Positions 17,950-26,665 of a stretch of 64,000 bases of DNA are shown here, piece after piece. The translations under genes were made by a program, and so were the position numbers. The DNA is from Planctomycetota bacterium (lineage in GTDB: Bacteria > Planctomycetota > GCA-002687715 > CAIWVZ01): assembly GCA_044222185.1 (NCBI GenBank), contig JBGANV010000001.1:448001-512000 (forward strand), given 5' to 3'. How positions within the stretch are numbered: position 1 is the stretch's first letter; each line of letters starts with the position of its first letter. The notes beneath the pieces were generated by a model, which saw only the letters and a program-made list of their open reading frames with translations, was not told the DNA's origin and ran no database searches.

Positions 17950-19575
17950 ATGGATCGGAGGAAACCACACAAGTCTGAGCGAGCGTGTCCACGCGTCACG
18001 CACCGTGGCCTGCTCTGCGTCATGGCCGTTGCCGTGACGGCCGTCACCTCCGCGCAAACCCCTGCTGGGGAATGGAATCAGTTCTTTCCTGCGCGTGTCG
18101 CTCCGAGTTCGGCGAACTTGGAAATTGTCCGCAAGGAGCTTCGGCTTTTGCCGAAGGCGTCGGGTTCTGACCGACTCACAATCCGAGGCCGACTCATCGA
18201 GTTGGGCGCCGATGTCGTCCCTCCGCTGATTGCTGAGCTGGAAACGGGCAATCATCTGCTCTCGGAGAACGCCGCCCTCGTCCTCGGCGAGTTGCGTGAC
18301 AAGCGTGCAGTCGAGCCTCTCGCTCGCGTCGCGTCTGAAGCGACGCGTGGGCATGTCACGTCCGCGGCACTGGCGCTCGGTCGCATCGCCGATCCGGAAA
18401 CCATCAACGCGCTGACGCTGCAACTCCTGTCGGGGCACGCCCGGGAAGGGCGTCGCGCGGCAGCGCTGGCCCTCGGACGCCTTCGCCATCCCGAGGCCGT
18501 CGCGCGTCTCCGCGAGCAACTGCGCGAATGCAAGCAGGAGGGAGATCGGGCGGCATTGATCGCTGCGCTCGGCATGTCGGGGTCCGCTCTCGCGGTCGGC
18601 GACTTGTTGCCGCTGATGAAGGCGACGGACGACCGAACGCGTCGGTGCGCCGCAGCCGCACTCGCATGTCTGCCGGCGAGTCCGGAGTCCATCGCCGCCC
18701 TCCTCTCGCACCTTTCGGATGAGGACGATCTCGTCCGACTGAGCGTCCTCGATGGACTCGCACTCTCGCTCTCTCCGCCGCAGGCCGCGGAGGTCGCGCG
18801 AAAGGCATCTCTCGCGGCACATTCAGACGACCGTACCCGGGCCGGGGTCTGCCTGGTCGCTGGCGCGCGCGGTGGCGCCGCCATGTTGCCGTACTTGCTG
18901 GCGCGCGTGTCCGACTCGGCATCGAGCGAGAAGATCCGCGCCGCGGCCGTCGGGTCGATCATCGGCGCTGCCGAGCCGTTCGGTGACGAACTCGTGGCAC
19001 TGGGACTGAAAGACCGCCACGGCGACGTCCGCAAGATCGCCGTCATCGCGGGTGCGGTGCTCGACGGAAGGCGGAAGGCCCAGACCCCGCCCACGTGGTT
19101 TCTCGTCGACGACGAGCGCGATGCCGGCGTCCGCGACGTCGCGTTGCTTGCCTACGCATGGCTCAACGGTGTCAATGCGCGCGAGACGCTCGGTCGCATC
19201 ATCGCGGCGCAAAAGGAGGACCGCCTGGTCGAGCGAGCGCAGTCCCTGTTGCGATTGCTCGAGGGTCCGCCGGGCCTCGCTCACAAGTTCATCCGCGCGC
19301 ACCTCCAGGTCGCTCTCGACGACACGGGAGCTGCGCCGTCGTGGAACGTCCATCGCGCGATCAACACGATCGCCATCGAGGCACTGGGACTCGAGAAGGC
19401 GCTTCCCGAGCTGGCCGCCGGCGGCGGCGCCGCCGCCGGTGCCGGTGCGGAGGACCGGGCCAAGGCCGCTGCGCTCCGGAAGATCCCGCCCGACCAGGAA
19501 GACATGCGGCGCCACCTCGACCGGTACCCGTTCTCCGATTGGCGTGATTCCGTCGAAGTTCCGCTGCTGCGTTGA
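17950..19575 (+). CDS. HEAT/PBS-lyase-like repeat protein, probably exported
   Basis: Repeated AAL.LG.(I/L)...AV..L helical units; possible signal peptide ending TSA-Q. Start uncertain (17950 or later). Confidence 0.75.
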   Translation: MDRRKPHKSERACPRVTHRGLLCVMAVAVTAVTSAQTPAGEWNQFFPARVAPSSANLEIVRKELRLLPKASGSDRLTIRGRLIELGADVVPPLIAELETGNHLLSENAALVLGELRDKRAVEPLARVASEATRGHVTSAALALGRIADPETINALTLQLLSGHAREGRRAAALALGRLRHPEAVARLREQLRECKQEGDRAALIAALGMSGSALAVGDLLPLMKATDDRTRRCAAAALACLPASPESIAALLSHLSDEDDLVRLSVLDGLALSLSPPQAAEVARKASLAAHSDDRTRAGVCLVAGARGGAAMLPYLLARVSDSASSEKIRAAAVGSIIGAAEPFGDELVALGLKDRHGDVRKIAVIAGAVLDGRRKAQTPPTWFLVDDERDAGVRDVALLAYAWLNGVNARETLGRIIAAQKEDRLVERAQSLLRLLEGPPGLAHKFIRAHLQVALDDTGAAPSWNVHRAINTIAIEALGLEKALPELAAGGGAAAGAGAEDRAKAAALRKIPPDQEDMRRHLDRYPFSDWRDSVEVPLLR

Positions 19576-19641
19576 TCGGCTGTGGCGGCCGGGTGTCCAC
19601 GTCGGGCACGGTTATACTCCGCGGCCTTTCTGGCGCCTCCG

Positions 19642-20973
19642 ATGGACGTCCTCACTCTCTGCCTCCGCTACATCCGTTCGCGCAAGATCGCCATCGTCTC
19701 GTTGATCTTCGTCGCCATCGCCGTCACGGCCAACATCGTCGTGATCGCAGTGATGGATGGCTTCCAGGCACGGATCGAAACGCACCTGCGCGGCATCGAG
19801 TCCGACCTGACAATCCAGATGGGCGGGGATTTCCTCCCGATCAACCATCTGAAAGCCGTCTCCGACGAGCTCGCGGGGGAGATGGCGTCGAACGGGGGAC
19901 CCATCGAGCACCTGTCGCCGCACTTGCAGTGCTGGGGACTCTCGGCTTCCGCCGTCGACTTCGGGCACAGCACGGTTCAAACGCACTACCACCCGGTGAA
20001 ACTGCTTGGCATCGACTATGCCGACGAGATCCAGGTCGTTCCTTTTCGAAAGCTGCTCGTCGAGCTGAGGAGCCAGGACTCCCACCTCCGCATCCCCGAC
20101 GCGGATCTCGCCGATCCCTTCCGTGAGCGGGCGGTTCCCGGCGTGCTCATCGGGACGAGCCTCGCGACCGCCATGGGACTTCGGCTGGGCGACACCTTGC
20201 AGATCCTCACGGGCCGCCTGCGCAGCGAGAACGGCAACCCGAACAACACGACGTTCGCGCATCAGAACCTGGCCTTCCAGCTCGTGGGATGCTTCGACAC
20301 GGGGCGCGACGACTACGACATGACGTACGTCTACATGACGCGCACAGATTTCGCGCGGCTGCATTGGGGTGCGAACCCACCGCCGCACGAGGACTGCAAG
20401 ACCGTCCAGGCGCGCCTCCGAGACGGACTGGATCTGAAGAAGACTGCCGACCAACTGAAGGCAGCTCACCCGCGCTTGACCATCCTGACCTGGGAAGACC
20501 AGGCCGGCCGACTCATGGCGGCCGTGAGGTCCGAGAAGGCGATGATCGTCATCATCATCTTCTTCATCATCGCGGTCGCGGCCGGATCCATCCTCGGCAT
20601 CCTCTACATGATGGTGATCGAGAAGACGCGGGACATCGGGATCCTGCGCAGCATGGGGCTTTCCCGACTGCGCGTCATCGGCGTGTTCATGGGATGCGGA
20701 ACGGTCCTCGGCGGAATCGGGTCCGCCGCCGGCCTCGGACTCGGACTGCTCATCGTCCGGAACATCAACGCGATCAAGGATTTCCTCGGGAGGTTCGGCA
20801 TCGAGGTCTTCAGCGAGAAGGTCTATGGGTTCAAGGAGATCCCGACCAAGTTGCTCCCCGAGTGGGTCGCAGGCACGGTGATCGTCGCCGTCCTCCTGTC
20901 GATCCTCGCGGGCGTGATCCCGGCGGCTCTCGCGGCGCGCCTCGATCCGGTCCGCTGCCTGAAGGACGAATGA
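19642..20973 (+). CDS. lolE: Lipoprotein-releasing ABC transporter permease (LolC/E family)
   Basis: N-terminal TM plus VIAVMDGF, large periplasmic loop, EKTRDIGILRSMG, C-terminal PA..AARLDPV; adjacent lolD-like gene. Confidence 0.85.
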   Translation: MDVLTLCLRYIRSRKIAIVSLIFVAIAVTANIVVIAVMDGFQARIETHLRGIESDLTIQMGGDFLPINHLKAVSDELAGEMASNGGPIEHLSPHLQCWGLSASAVDFGHSTVQTHYHPVKLLGIDYADEIQVVPFRKLLVELRSQDSHLRIPDADLADPFRERAVPGVLIGTSLATAMGLRLGDTLQILTGRLRSENGNPNNTTFAHQNLAFQLVGCFDTGRDDYDMTYVYMTRTDFARLHWGANPPPHEDCKTVQARLRDGLDLKKTADQLKAAHPRLTILTWEDQAGRLMAAVRSEKAMIVIIIFFIIAVAAGSILGILYMMVIEKTRDIGILRSMGLSRLRVIGVFMGCGTVLGGIGSAAGLGLGLLIVRNINAIKDFLGRFGIEVFSEKVYGFKEIPTKLLPEWVAGTVIVAVLLSILAGVIPAALAARLDPVRCLKDE

Positions 20974-20974
20974 C

Positions 20975-21724
20975 ATGACCGGCTTCTTCGAGGTCCGGGG
21001 TGTGACGCGAACGTTCGAAACCGGCGGAACGACGTTGCAGATCCTCCAAGGCGTCGACCTCGACGTCGTCGAGGGTGACTTCGTGGCCGTTCAGGGAACG
21101 TCCGGGTCTGGAAAGACGACGCTGCTCCACATCATGGGCCTGCTCGATCGGCCGACGACGGGCACCGTCTACTTCCAAGGCGAGGAGATCGGCTCGGCAC
21201 CGGATGGCCGGCGCGGCATCCTTCGAGCCCTCGAGTTCGCGTTCGTGTTCCAGTTCTACTACCTGCTGCCCGAGTTCAACGCGCTGGAGAACGTCGCGCT
21301 CCCAGGCATGATCGCCCTGGGCACCGGTGCCTCGAAGCGTGTCCCGCGCGCCAAGACCGACCGCATGGATCGAGCGGCCGAGCTCCTCGCTCGGGTGGGG
21401 CTCGCGCAGCGCGTCACGCACAGGCCTCACCAGCTCTCCGGAGGCGAGCGCCAACGCGTGGCCATCGCCCGTGCGCTCATGAACGAGCCGCGCATCGTCT
21501 TCTGCGACGAGCCCACGGGCAACCTGGACTCGAAGACGGCCAGGGGCATCCATGCCCTGTTCGGGGAGTTGAACGCCACGCTGCGCCAGACCTTCGTCGT
21601 CGTCACGCACGAGGAGAGCATGGCCGTCGCTGCCCACCGTCGCGTCTTCTTGCGGGATGGCGCGATCCGCGCCTACGAAACGCTTCACGCTGCGGACGGG
21701 ACGCCGGGCGAAGTTCAGGCGTGA
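20975..21724 (+). CDS. lolD: Lipoprotein-releasing ABC transporter ATP-binding protein
   Basis: GTSGSGKT, FVFQFYYLLPEF, LSGGERQRVAIARAL, DEPTGNLD. Confidence 0.88.
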   Translation: MTGFFEVRGVTRTFETGGTTLQILQGVDLDVVEGDFVAVQGTSGSGKTTLLHIMGLLDRPTTGTVYFQGEEIGSAPDGRRGILRALEFAFVFQFYYLLPEFNALENVALPGMIALGTGASKRVPRAKTDRMDRAAELLARVGLAQRVTHRPHQLSGGERQRVAIARALMNEPRIVFCDEPTGNLDSKTARGIHALFGELNATLRQTFVVVTHEESMAVAAHRRVFLRDGAIRAYETLHAADGTPGEVQA

Positions 21725-22122
21725 TTCGTGACGGGCGGGACGTTGGGGCGTCGGACGCGGACGACGTCGCCGTCCTTGCCGGCGACGACCTCCAGCCGGC
21801 CCTCGCGTTCGAGCCATCCGACGGCCTCCGCCGTCACTGCGGTCGACAAACCGACGGCCTTCGTGAGGTCCGGCAAGCTGCGGGCTGACAGCTCCAGTTG
21901 CGCCAGGATGGCGACCGAGACCGAACGGCGGGAGTGCAGCGTCCGCGCCGCCGCATCCACGAGAACTTCATCTCGCGTATGAAGGAAGCGCACCGCCTGG
22001 TTGAAGTCGGGCGAGCCTTCGTCGAGCCCGCTCGCTGCAGCCAGGTCGGCAGGCGTCAGCGAGACGGACGCGTCGAGCGCGCGCCGGAGCTTGTCGAGCA
22101 GGGTGATGAACTCGTGGCTCAC
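21715..22122 (-). CDS. Small hypothetical protein, probable tandem winged-helix fold
   Basis: LPDLTKAVGL....AEAVGWLEREGRL is a wHTH-like pattern; lies downstream of the floA operon. Confidence 0.55.
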   Translation of the reverse strand: MSHEFITLLDKLRRALDASVSLTPADLAAASGLDEGSPDFNQAVRFLHTRDEVLVDAAARTLHSRRSVSVAILAQLELSARSLPDLTKAVGLSTAVTAEAVGWLEREGRLEVVAGKDGDVVRVRRPNVPPVTNHA

Positions 22123-22190
22123 GGGTGGAAAAGGGGTGGGAGGCGAGGAGTTTACCGTTTCGACCCCACCGAGGTCACGCTTGGATCGAG

Positions 22191-22703
22191 TCAGTCCGCG
22201 ACGACCGGATCGAATTCCGCTGAGGGCCTCCGCAACGTGACCGGCGGCGCGAGCACCTCCGAGAGCAGAAATGCGCGGCGCAGCATGGGACGGTCGTTCA
22301 ACACCCGGGCGAGCCCTTCGTGTCGGACGGTCCCGCCCGCCTGCGCCGCATCGGTGGGGGACTCCAGGGCTCCAACGCCGGTTTGCGAGCGGAATTGGAG
22401 GCGCGCGACGGCGGGTCGTGCCGGCCGCGGCGGCAACGGCGCGTGGGCTGAGCGAGTCGGAATCGCGGCGGGCCTCGGCGATACGACGGGCACCGGCGGC
22501 ACCGGGGGACGGGACGCCGCGGAGCCTGCGGGGGCCCTCGGCAGGGTCGCCATGGGCGGCGGCACTGCGACTGGCCGAGTCGGCGGCAACGGGCGCCGCG
22601 CCATGGCCCGCTTCGCCGCCGAGGCGTCGCTCGCCTTCTTGATCACGCTCCCCAGGATGAAGAGCGCGAACAGGACGAGCTTGACGATCTGGTCTTCGCG
22701 CAT
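22191..22703 (-). CDS. Membrane-anchored Pro/Ala/Arg-rich protein (YqfB-like position after floA)
   Basis: N-terminal TM, low-complexity linker, conserved-looking C-terminal LRRAFLLSEVLAPP..LR. Confidence 0.7.
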   Translation of the reverse strand: MREDQIVKLVLFALFILGSVIKKASDASAAKRAMARRPLPPTRPVAVPPPMATLPRAPAGSAASRPPVPPVPVVSPRPAAIPTRSAHAPLPPRPARPAVARLQFRSQTGVGALESPTDAAQAGGTVRHEGLARVLNDRPMLRRAFLLSEVLAPPVTLRRPSAEFDPVVAD

Positions 22704-22706
22704 CGG

Positions 22707-23744
22707 TCAGCTCTTCGATGTCGGGTGCGGGGCCTGCTCGGCGCCTGGATCGGTCCCGAGCGTCTGGCGCATGCGCGTATCGGCCATCACGTTTTGCATG
22801 CGGTAGTGGTCCATCACGCCGAGGCGGCCCGTCTTCAACGCCTCTGCGAGCGCCAGGGGCACCATCGCTTCGGCCTCCACGACCTTCGCACGATTCGCGG
22901 CGACCTGCGCGATCATTTCGCGCTCCATGGCGATGGCGAGTGCCTTCCTCTCCTCGGCCTTGGCCTGGGCGACGAGGAGATCGGCGTTCGCCTGGTCGAT
23001 TTGGAGCTTGGAGCCGATGTTTTCGCCCACGTCGATGTCGGCGATGTCGATCGAGAGGATCTCGAACGCGGTACCGGCGTCCAGGCCTTTCGCGAGCACC
23101 GTCCGGGAGATGCTGTCCGGGTTCTCGAGCACGGTCTTGTGGTCCTGAGCCGAGCCGATCGTCGTGAGGATGCCCTCGCCGACACGTGCGATGATGGTCT
23201 CCTCCGTGGCACCACCGACGAGCCGCGGGATGTTCGTGCGGACGGTCACACGCGCCTTCACTCGAAGCTCGATCCCGTTCTTGGCGACGGCCGAGATGTA
23301 GGGGCGTCCCGACGCGGCGTTCGGGCAGTCGATGACTTTCGGGTCGACCGACGTCCGGATGGCATCGACGACGTCACGGCCGGCGAGGTCGATGGCCGCC
23401 GCCGTCTTCAGCGGCAGCTCGATTCCGGCGCGATCGGCCGCGATCATGGCGGATACGACGGACATCACGTTGCCGCCCGCGAGCGAGTGGGCCTCGAGCT
23501 CGCGTCGCCCGGCGTCGATGCCGGCCTGAACGCAACGAATGCGCGCGTTGACGATCAGCGTCGAGTTCACTTTTCGCAGGCTCATCCCGATGAGCTCGAA
23601 GAACGAGATCCGGGCGCCCGAGAATGCGGCGCGGATGTACAAGTTGAGGTACTTCGCCAGCATGGCGATGACGATGAGAGCGACGATGCCGATCGCGAGC
23701 AGGAGCACGAGGGCAGTATCGATCTGCTGTGCGGCGAGGTGCAT
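22707..23744 (-). CDS. floA: Flotillin-like protein FloA (YqfA/UPF0365)
   Basis: [55 protein letters not shown]. Confidence 0.95.
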   Translation of the reverse strand: MHLAAQQIDTALVLLLAIGIVALIVIAMLAKYLNLYIRAAFSGARISFFELIGMSLRKVNSTLIVNARIRCVQAGIDAGRRELEAHSLAGGNVMSVVSAMIAADRAGIELPLKTAAAIDLAGRDVVDAIRTSVDPKVIDCPNAASGRPYISAVAKNGIELRVKARVTVRTNIPRLVGGATEETIIARVGEGILTTIGSAQDHKTVLENPDSISRTVLAKGLDAGTAFEILSIDIADIDVGENIGSKLQIDQANADLLVAQAKAEERKALAIAMEREMIAQVAANRAKVVEAEAMVPLALAEALKTGRLGVMDHYRMQNVMADTRMRQTLGTDPGAEQAPHPTSKS

Positions 23745-24245
23745 TCAGTTGACTCCAGGTTTCTGTGACGCCGGCCCGGGCTCGACGATCACGCGCATTC
23801 CTTCGACCCTGACGACGACGATGACCGTTCCCTTGGCGATGAACCCGGTGGCGGCGATGACGTCCAGCCGCTGCGTTCCGATCTCGGCCCGGCCCGTGGG
23901 CCGCAGATCCGTAGCGGCGTGCCCAGTAGCTCCGACCAGCTGCAGCAGAGCCGGGTCGGACATGCGTCCGATCTCCGACGGCGCGGGCGCTGCGAGCATC
24001 GACTTGCGGCCGAACGGCGTTCGCCCCATGTAACGGAACCCGATGGCGAACGCCGCAGGGAAGATGAGGAGACCGGAGAGCGCCACGCCGATCCCGGCTG
24101 CGGTGCTCTCCCGGAACGCGAGGACGGCCGCGAAGACGAACGCCGTCGCGGAGAGCACGCCGAGCATGCCGAACGACGGGATCACGACCTCCAGGATCAT
24201 CAGCCCGAACGAGGCCATGAGCAGGAGGACCGTCGCCGTCGTCAT
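23745..24245 (-). CDS. Short NfeD-family protein (TM + OB fold)
   Basis: LEVVIPSFGMLG TM motif; C-terminal G.A.TDLRP.G....G..LDV...G.FI.KG. Confidence 0.85.
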   Translation of the reverse strand: MTTATVLLLMASFGLMILEVVIPSFGMLGVLSATAFVFAAVLAFRESTAAGIGVALSGLLIFPAAFAIGFRYMGRTPFGRKSMLAAPAPSEIGRMSDPALLQLVGATGHAATDLRPTGRAEIGTQRLDVIAATGFIAKGTVIVVVRVEGMRVIVEPGPASQKPGVN

Positions 24246-25801
24246 GCGCGACCCTCGGAACGAACGACGACACGGTGACCTTCGATCGCCGTGACGACGA
24301 TGCGCGAGCCGCGCGCCACGAACTCGCCGTCCGTGACAACGTCGACGCGGTGGTCGCGCAGTCGCGCGATACCAGCCGGCCTCAGGTCGGTCTCTGCGGA
24401 CCCGATGGCACCGACTTCCAGGTCGATGAACCCGCTCGACGTGGGGACGCTCGGCCGCAGTGCCGACTTCGCCGCTGCCGTGAGGCTCTGAACGGGCGGT
24501 GCGAGGAACGCGTGATTCAAGAGCGGGAGTTTGTGGAGCTTGGGTGCGATCAGCATGGCGCCGATCGCCGCGAGCACGAGCGAGCCGGAGAAGTGGAGCA
24601 GCCACATCTTCAACCGCACGTAATCGGCCGGACTGTCGGGAATCAACCGCTCCCGCAACGTCGTTCCACCGAAGTCGATGCTCGCCGCGTAGATGCTGAA
24701 GAGGATCAAGGCGATGCCGAGGATCCCCGGCACGCCGAACCCCGGCAGGAAGACGATCTCGATGAGCAGCAGGAGGAACCCCACCAGCAGCAGTCCGATG
24801 GAGAAGAGAGCGTCGATCCCTCCCTGGTTCGCGTTCAGGAGGAAATAGCCGCACAGGCACGCCACACCGAGGACGCCGTTGATGCCGAGCCCGGGTGTCT
24901 TCAGCTCGAGGATGAGGAAGAAGATCCCGGCGGCGAGCAGCAGGATGCTCCAGTCCATGTGGAACCACTCGGCCGAGCCCAGGTCCTTCTTCTTGAGCTC
25001 GATGATCTCGTCGCTCGTGAGCTCGTGGTCCGGGATCTTCAACGCGCGCAGCAGATCATCACGCGACCCGGCGCTCTTGAACGGGAATCCGAAACGGGCC
25101 GCATCCTCCGCCTTGAGCGTGAGCGTTTGACCCCGCGAAACGACGAGTTCCTGGGTCCGTTGGTCGCGGACGGGATCACCCAGTTCTTCGAGCGAGGGGC
25201 GATTGAGGAACTCGGGTGGCCGTCCCGGTCGACGAACCTCCGTGATCTCCACGTCGGGATCGATCATCGCGTCGACGAAGAGTTCTGGCCACGCGTTCCG
25301 TCGCGCGGTGGCGCGAGCCCGGCGCAGCACGTCCCTGCGCACGGCCGACGGGTCGCTGCCGCTCGTTCCGTCCATCCGCGTGGGGTCGGCGTCGCCGATC
25401 CGACCGCCGGCCCCCAGGACGACGACGTCGGCTTCGAGAGCCACCAGCGCGGCGACCCCGGTCGCGACCTCCGGGACGAATGCGACGACGCGGACGCCCT
25501 GGTTGCGCAGGTCCTGGAAGTCGTCGGCAAAACTCTGCCAGGCGGCCAACTCGCCACCTGTTGCCGTGACCTCGAACACGAGGATGGTCGCCTGTTGGGC
25601 GCGGGCCCGCTCGCGGGCTTCGCGCCACTCGCGCACCAGGTCGGCGTCAAACCGCCTCACCACGCTGAGGCTGCGGTCGAAGATCGTCTCCCCGTCGCGG
25701 GGCATGGTGATGACGCGCAGGACCGGGTCCTGTGACGGGGCCGAGCCCACCAGGAGGGCCAGGATCGTCGCGATTGCGCATAGCGGCTGTCGAGCCTTCA
25801 T
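24242..25801 (-). CDS. Long NfeD-family protein (ClpP/crotonase-like domain + TM + OB fold)
   Basis: Signal peptide; VAFV..A...AALVAL.AD; ELKTPG.G; EIVFLPGFG; TDLRPAG..VDVVTDGEF. ATGA overlap with the next gene. Confidence 0.85.
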   Translation of the reverse strand: MKARQPLCAIATILALLVGSAPSQDPVLRVITMPRDGETIFDRSLSVVRRFDADLVREWREARERARAQQATILVFEVTATGGELAAWQSFADDFQDLRNQGVRVVAFVPEVATGVAALVALEADVVVLGAGGRIGDADPTRMDGTSGSDPSAVRRDVLRRARATARRNAWPELFVDAMIDPDVEITEVRRPGRPPEFLNRPSLEELGDPVRDQRTQELVVSRGQTLTLKAEDAARFGFPFKSAGSRDDLLRALKIPDHELTSDEIIELKKKDLGSAEWFHMDWSILLLAAGIFFLILELKTPGLGINGVLGVACLCGYFLLNANQGGIDALFSIGLLLVGFLLLLIEIVFLPGFGVPGILGIALILFSIYAASIDFGGTTLRERLIPDSPADYVRLKMWLLHFSGSLVLAAIGAMLIAPKLHKLPLLNHAFLAPPVQSLTAAAKSALRPSVPTSSGFIDLEVGAIGSAETDLRPAGIARLRDHRVDVVTDGEFVARGSRIVVTAIEGHRVVVRSEGRA

Positions 25802-25882
25802 CCCGTGATGCCCCTCGAAGGCGTTCAGGATATGGTGTCTGCCTCGTCACGAACAGGGGCGCACGTCCCGTGGGAGGTCAGC

Positions 25883-26200
25883 ATGGAGATCGTCCTCGTA
25901 CTCGTCACGGTTCCCAATGCGGACGTTGGCCGATCGATTGCGCGCGCACTGATCGACGAGCGGCTCGTGGCGTGCGTCAACCGGATCCCCGGCGTGGTGT
26001 CGACGTTCCGGTGGGAGGCGACGGTCCAGGAAGAATCGGAGGAGCTCCTGGTGCTCAAGACCACGCGATCCTCGCTGGATGCGCTGGAGGCAAGGGTTTC
26101 CGCGCTACACCCCTACCAGGTGCCGGAATTCGTCGTGATGGCGGCCGACCGGGTGTCTGCGGCCTACGCGGGCTGGGTCAGGGCCGAGACGACCCGCTGA
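25883..26200 (+). CDS. cutA: Divalent-cation tolerance protein CutA
   Basis: LVACVN, S.FRWE, E.LLVLKT, HPYQVPE; GGAGG SD before ATG 25883. Confidence 0.93.
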   Translation: MEIVLVLVTVPNADVGRSIARALIDERLVACVNRIPGVVSTFRWEATVQEESEELLVLKTTRSSLDALEARVSALHPYQVPEFVVMAADRVSAAYAGWVRAETTR

Positions 26201-26243
26201 CGCCAGGGACAGGTGCCGGGGCCGTTGCCCCTGGAAACGACGA

Positions 26244-26278
26244 CGCGCGGAGCCGGCCGGTGCCGGGCGCTCCGCGCG
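26244..26278. terminator. Hairpin between convergent cutA and rpmG
   Basis: 10-bp perfect inverted repeat CGCGCGGAGC (26244-26253) / GCTCCGCGCG (26269-26278). Confidence 0.5.
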
Positions 26279-26298
26279 GTTGGTCACCCCGAGTGCGA

Positions 26299-26466
26299 CT
26301 ACTTCTTCTTCTCGACGTGCACCGTGTGCTTGCGGAGGCGCGGGCAGTACTTCTTCAGCTCGAGCTTCGTGCCCTTGGTGCGCTTCTTGATGGTGTAGTT
26401 GCGGTCGCCTGACTCGGTGCAGGCGAGGAAAACGATCTCGTAGGCGTCTTTGCTCTTCTTGGCCAT
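26299..26466 (-). CDS. rpmG: 50S ribosomal protein L33
   Basis: 55 aa; L.CTE.G.RNY...K...[18 protein letters not shown]. Confidence 0.96.
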   Translation of the reverse strand: MAKKSKDAYEIVFLACTESGDRNYTIKKRTKGTKLELKKYCPRLRKHTVHVEKKK

Positions 26467-26534
26467 GACGAATCTCGGCGCGCGTCTGCTCGACTCGACT
26501 GCGAACCCCCGACGGGTCACCGTCGAGGGTCGCG

Positions 26535-26563
26535 ACGATATGAAGGCACGCGCGAAGCGTCAA
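26535..26563 (-). promoter_or_regulatory. Putative rpmG promoter
   Basis: Minus strand TTGACG (26563-26558)-N17-TATCGT (26540-26535). Confidence 0.55.
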
Positions 26564-26578
26564 CGTCGCGCGTGCCTT
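26543..26578 (-). terminator. Hairpin just downstream of tRNA-Ala
   Basis: 13-bp perfect stem AAGGCACGCGCGA (26543-26555) / TCGCGCGTGCCTT (26566-26578), 10 nt after the tRNA 3' end. Confidence 0.55.
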
Positions 26579-26588
26579 GCGTTCGGGA

Positions 26589-26661
26589 TGGAGGATAGGG
26601 GGCTCGAACCCCTGACCTCCACAATGCCATTGTGGCGCTCTCCCAGCTGAGCTAATCCCCC
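26589..26661 (-). tRNA. tRNA-Ala (GGC), CCA not encoded
   Basis: GGGGGATTAGCTCAGCTGGGAGAGCG-CCACA-ATGGCAT-TGTGG-AGGTCAGGGGTTCGAGCCCCCTATCCTCCA: cloverleaf, G3:U70 alanine determinant, GGC anticodon. Confidence 0.97.
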
Positions 26662-26665
26662 AAAC

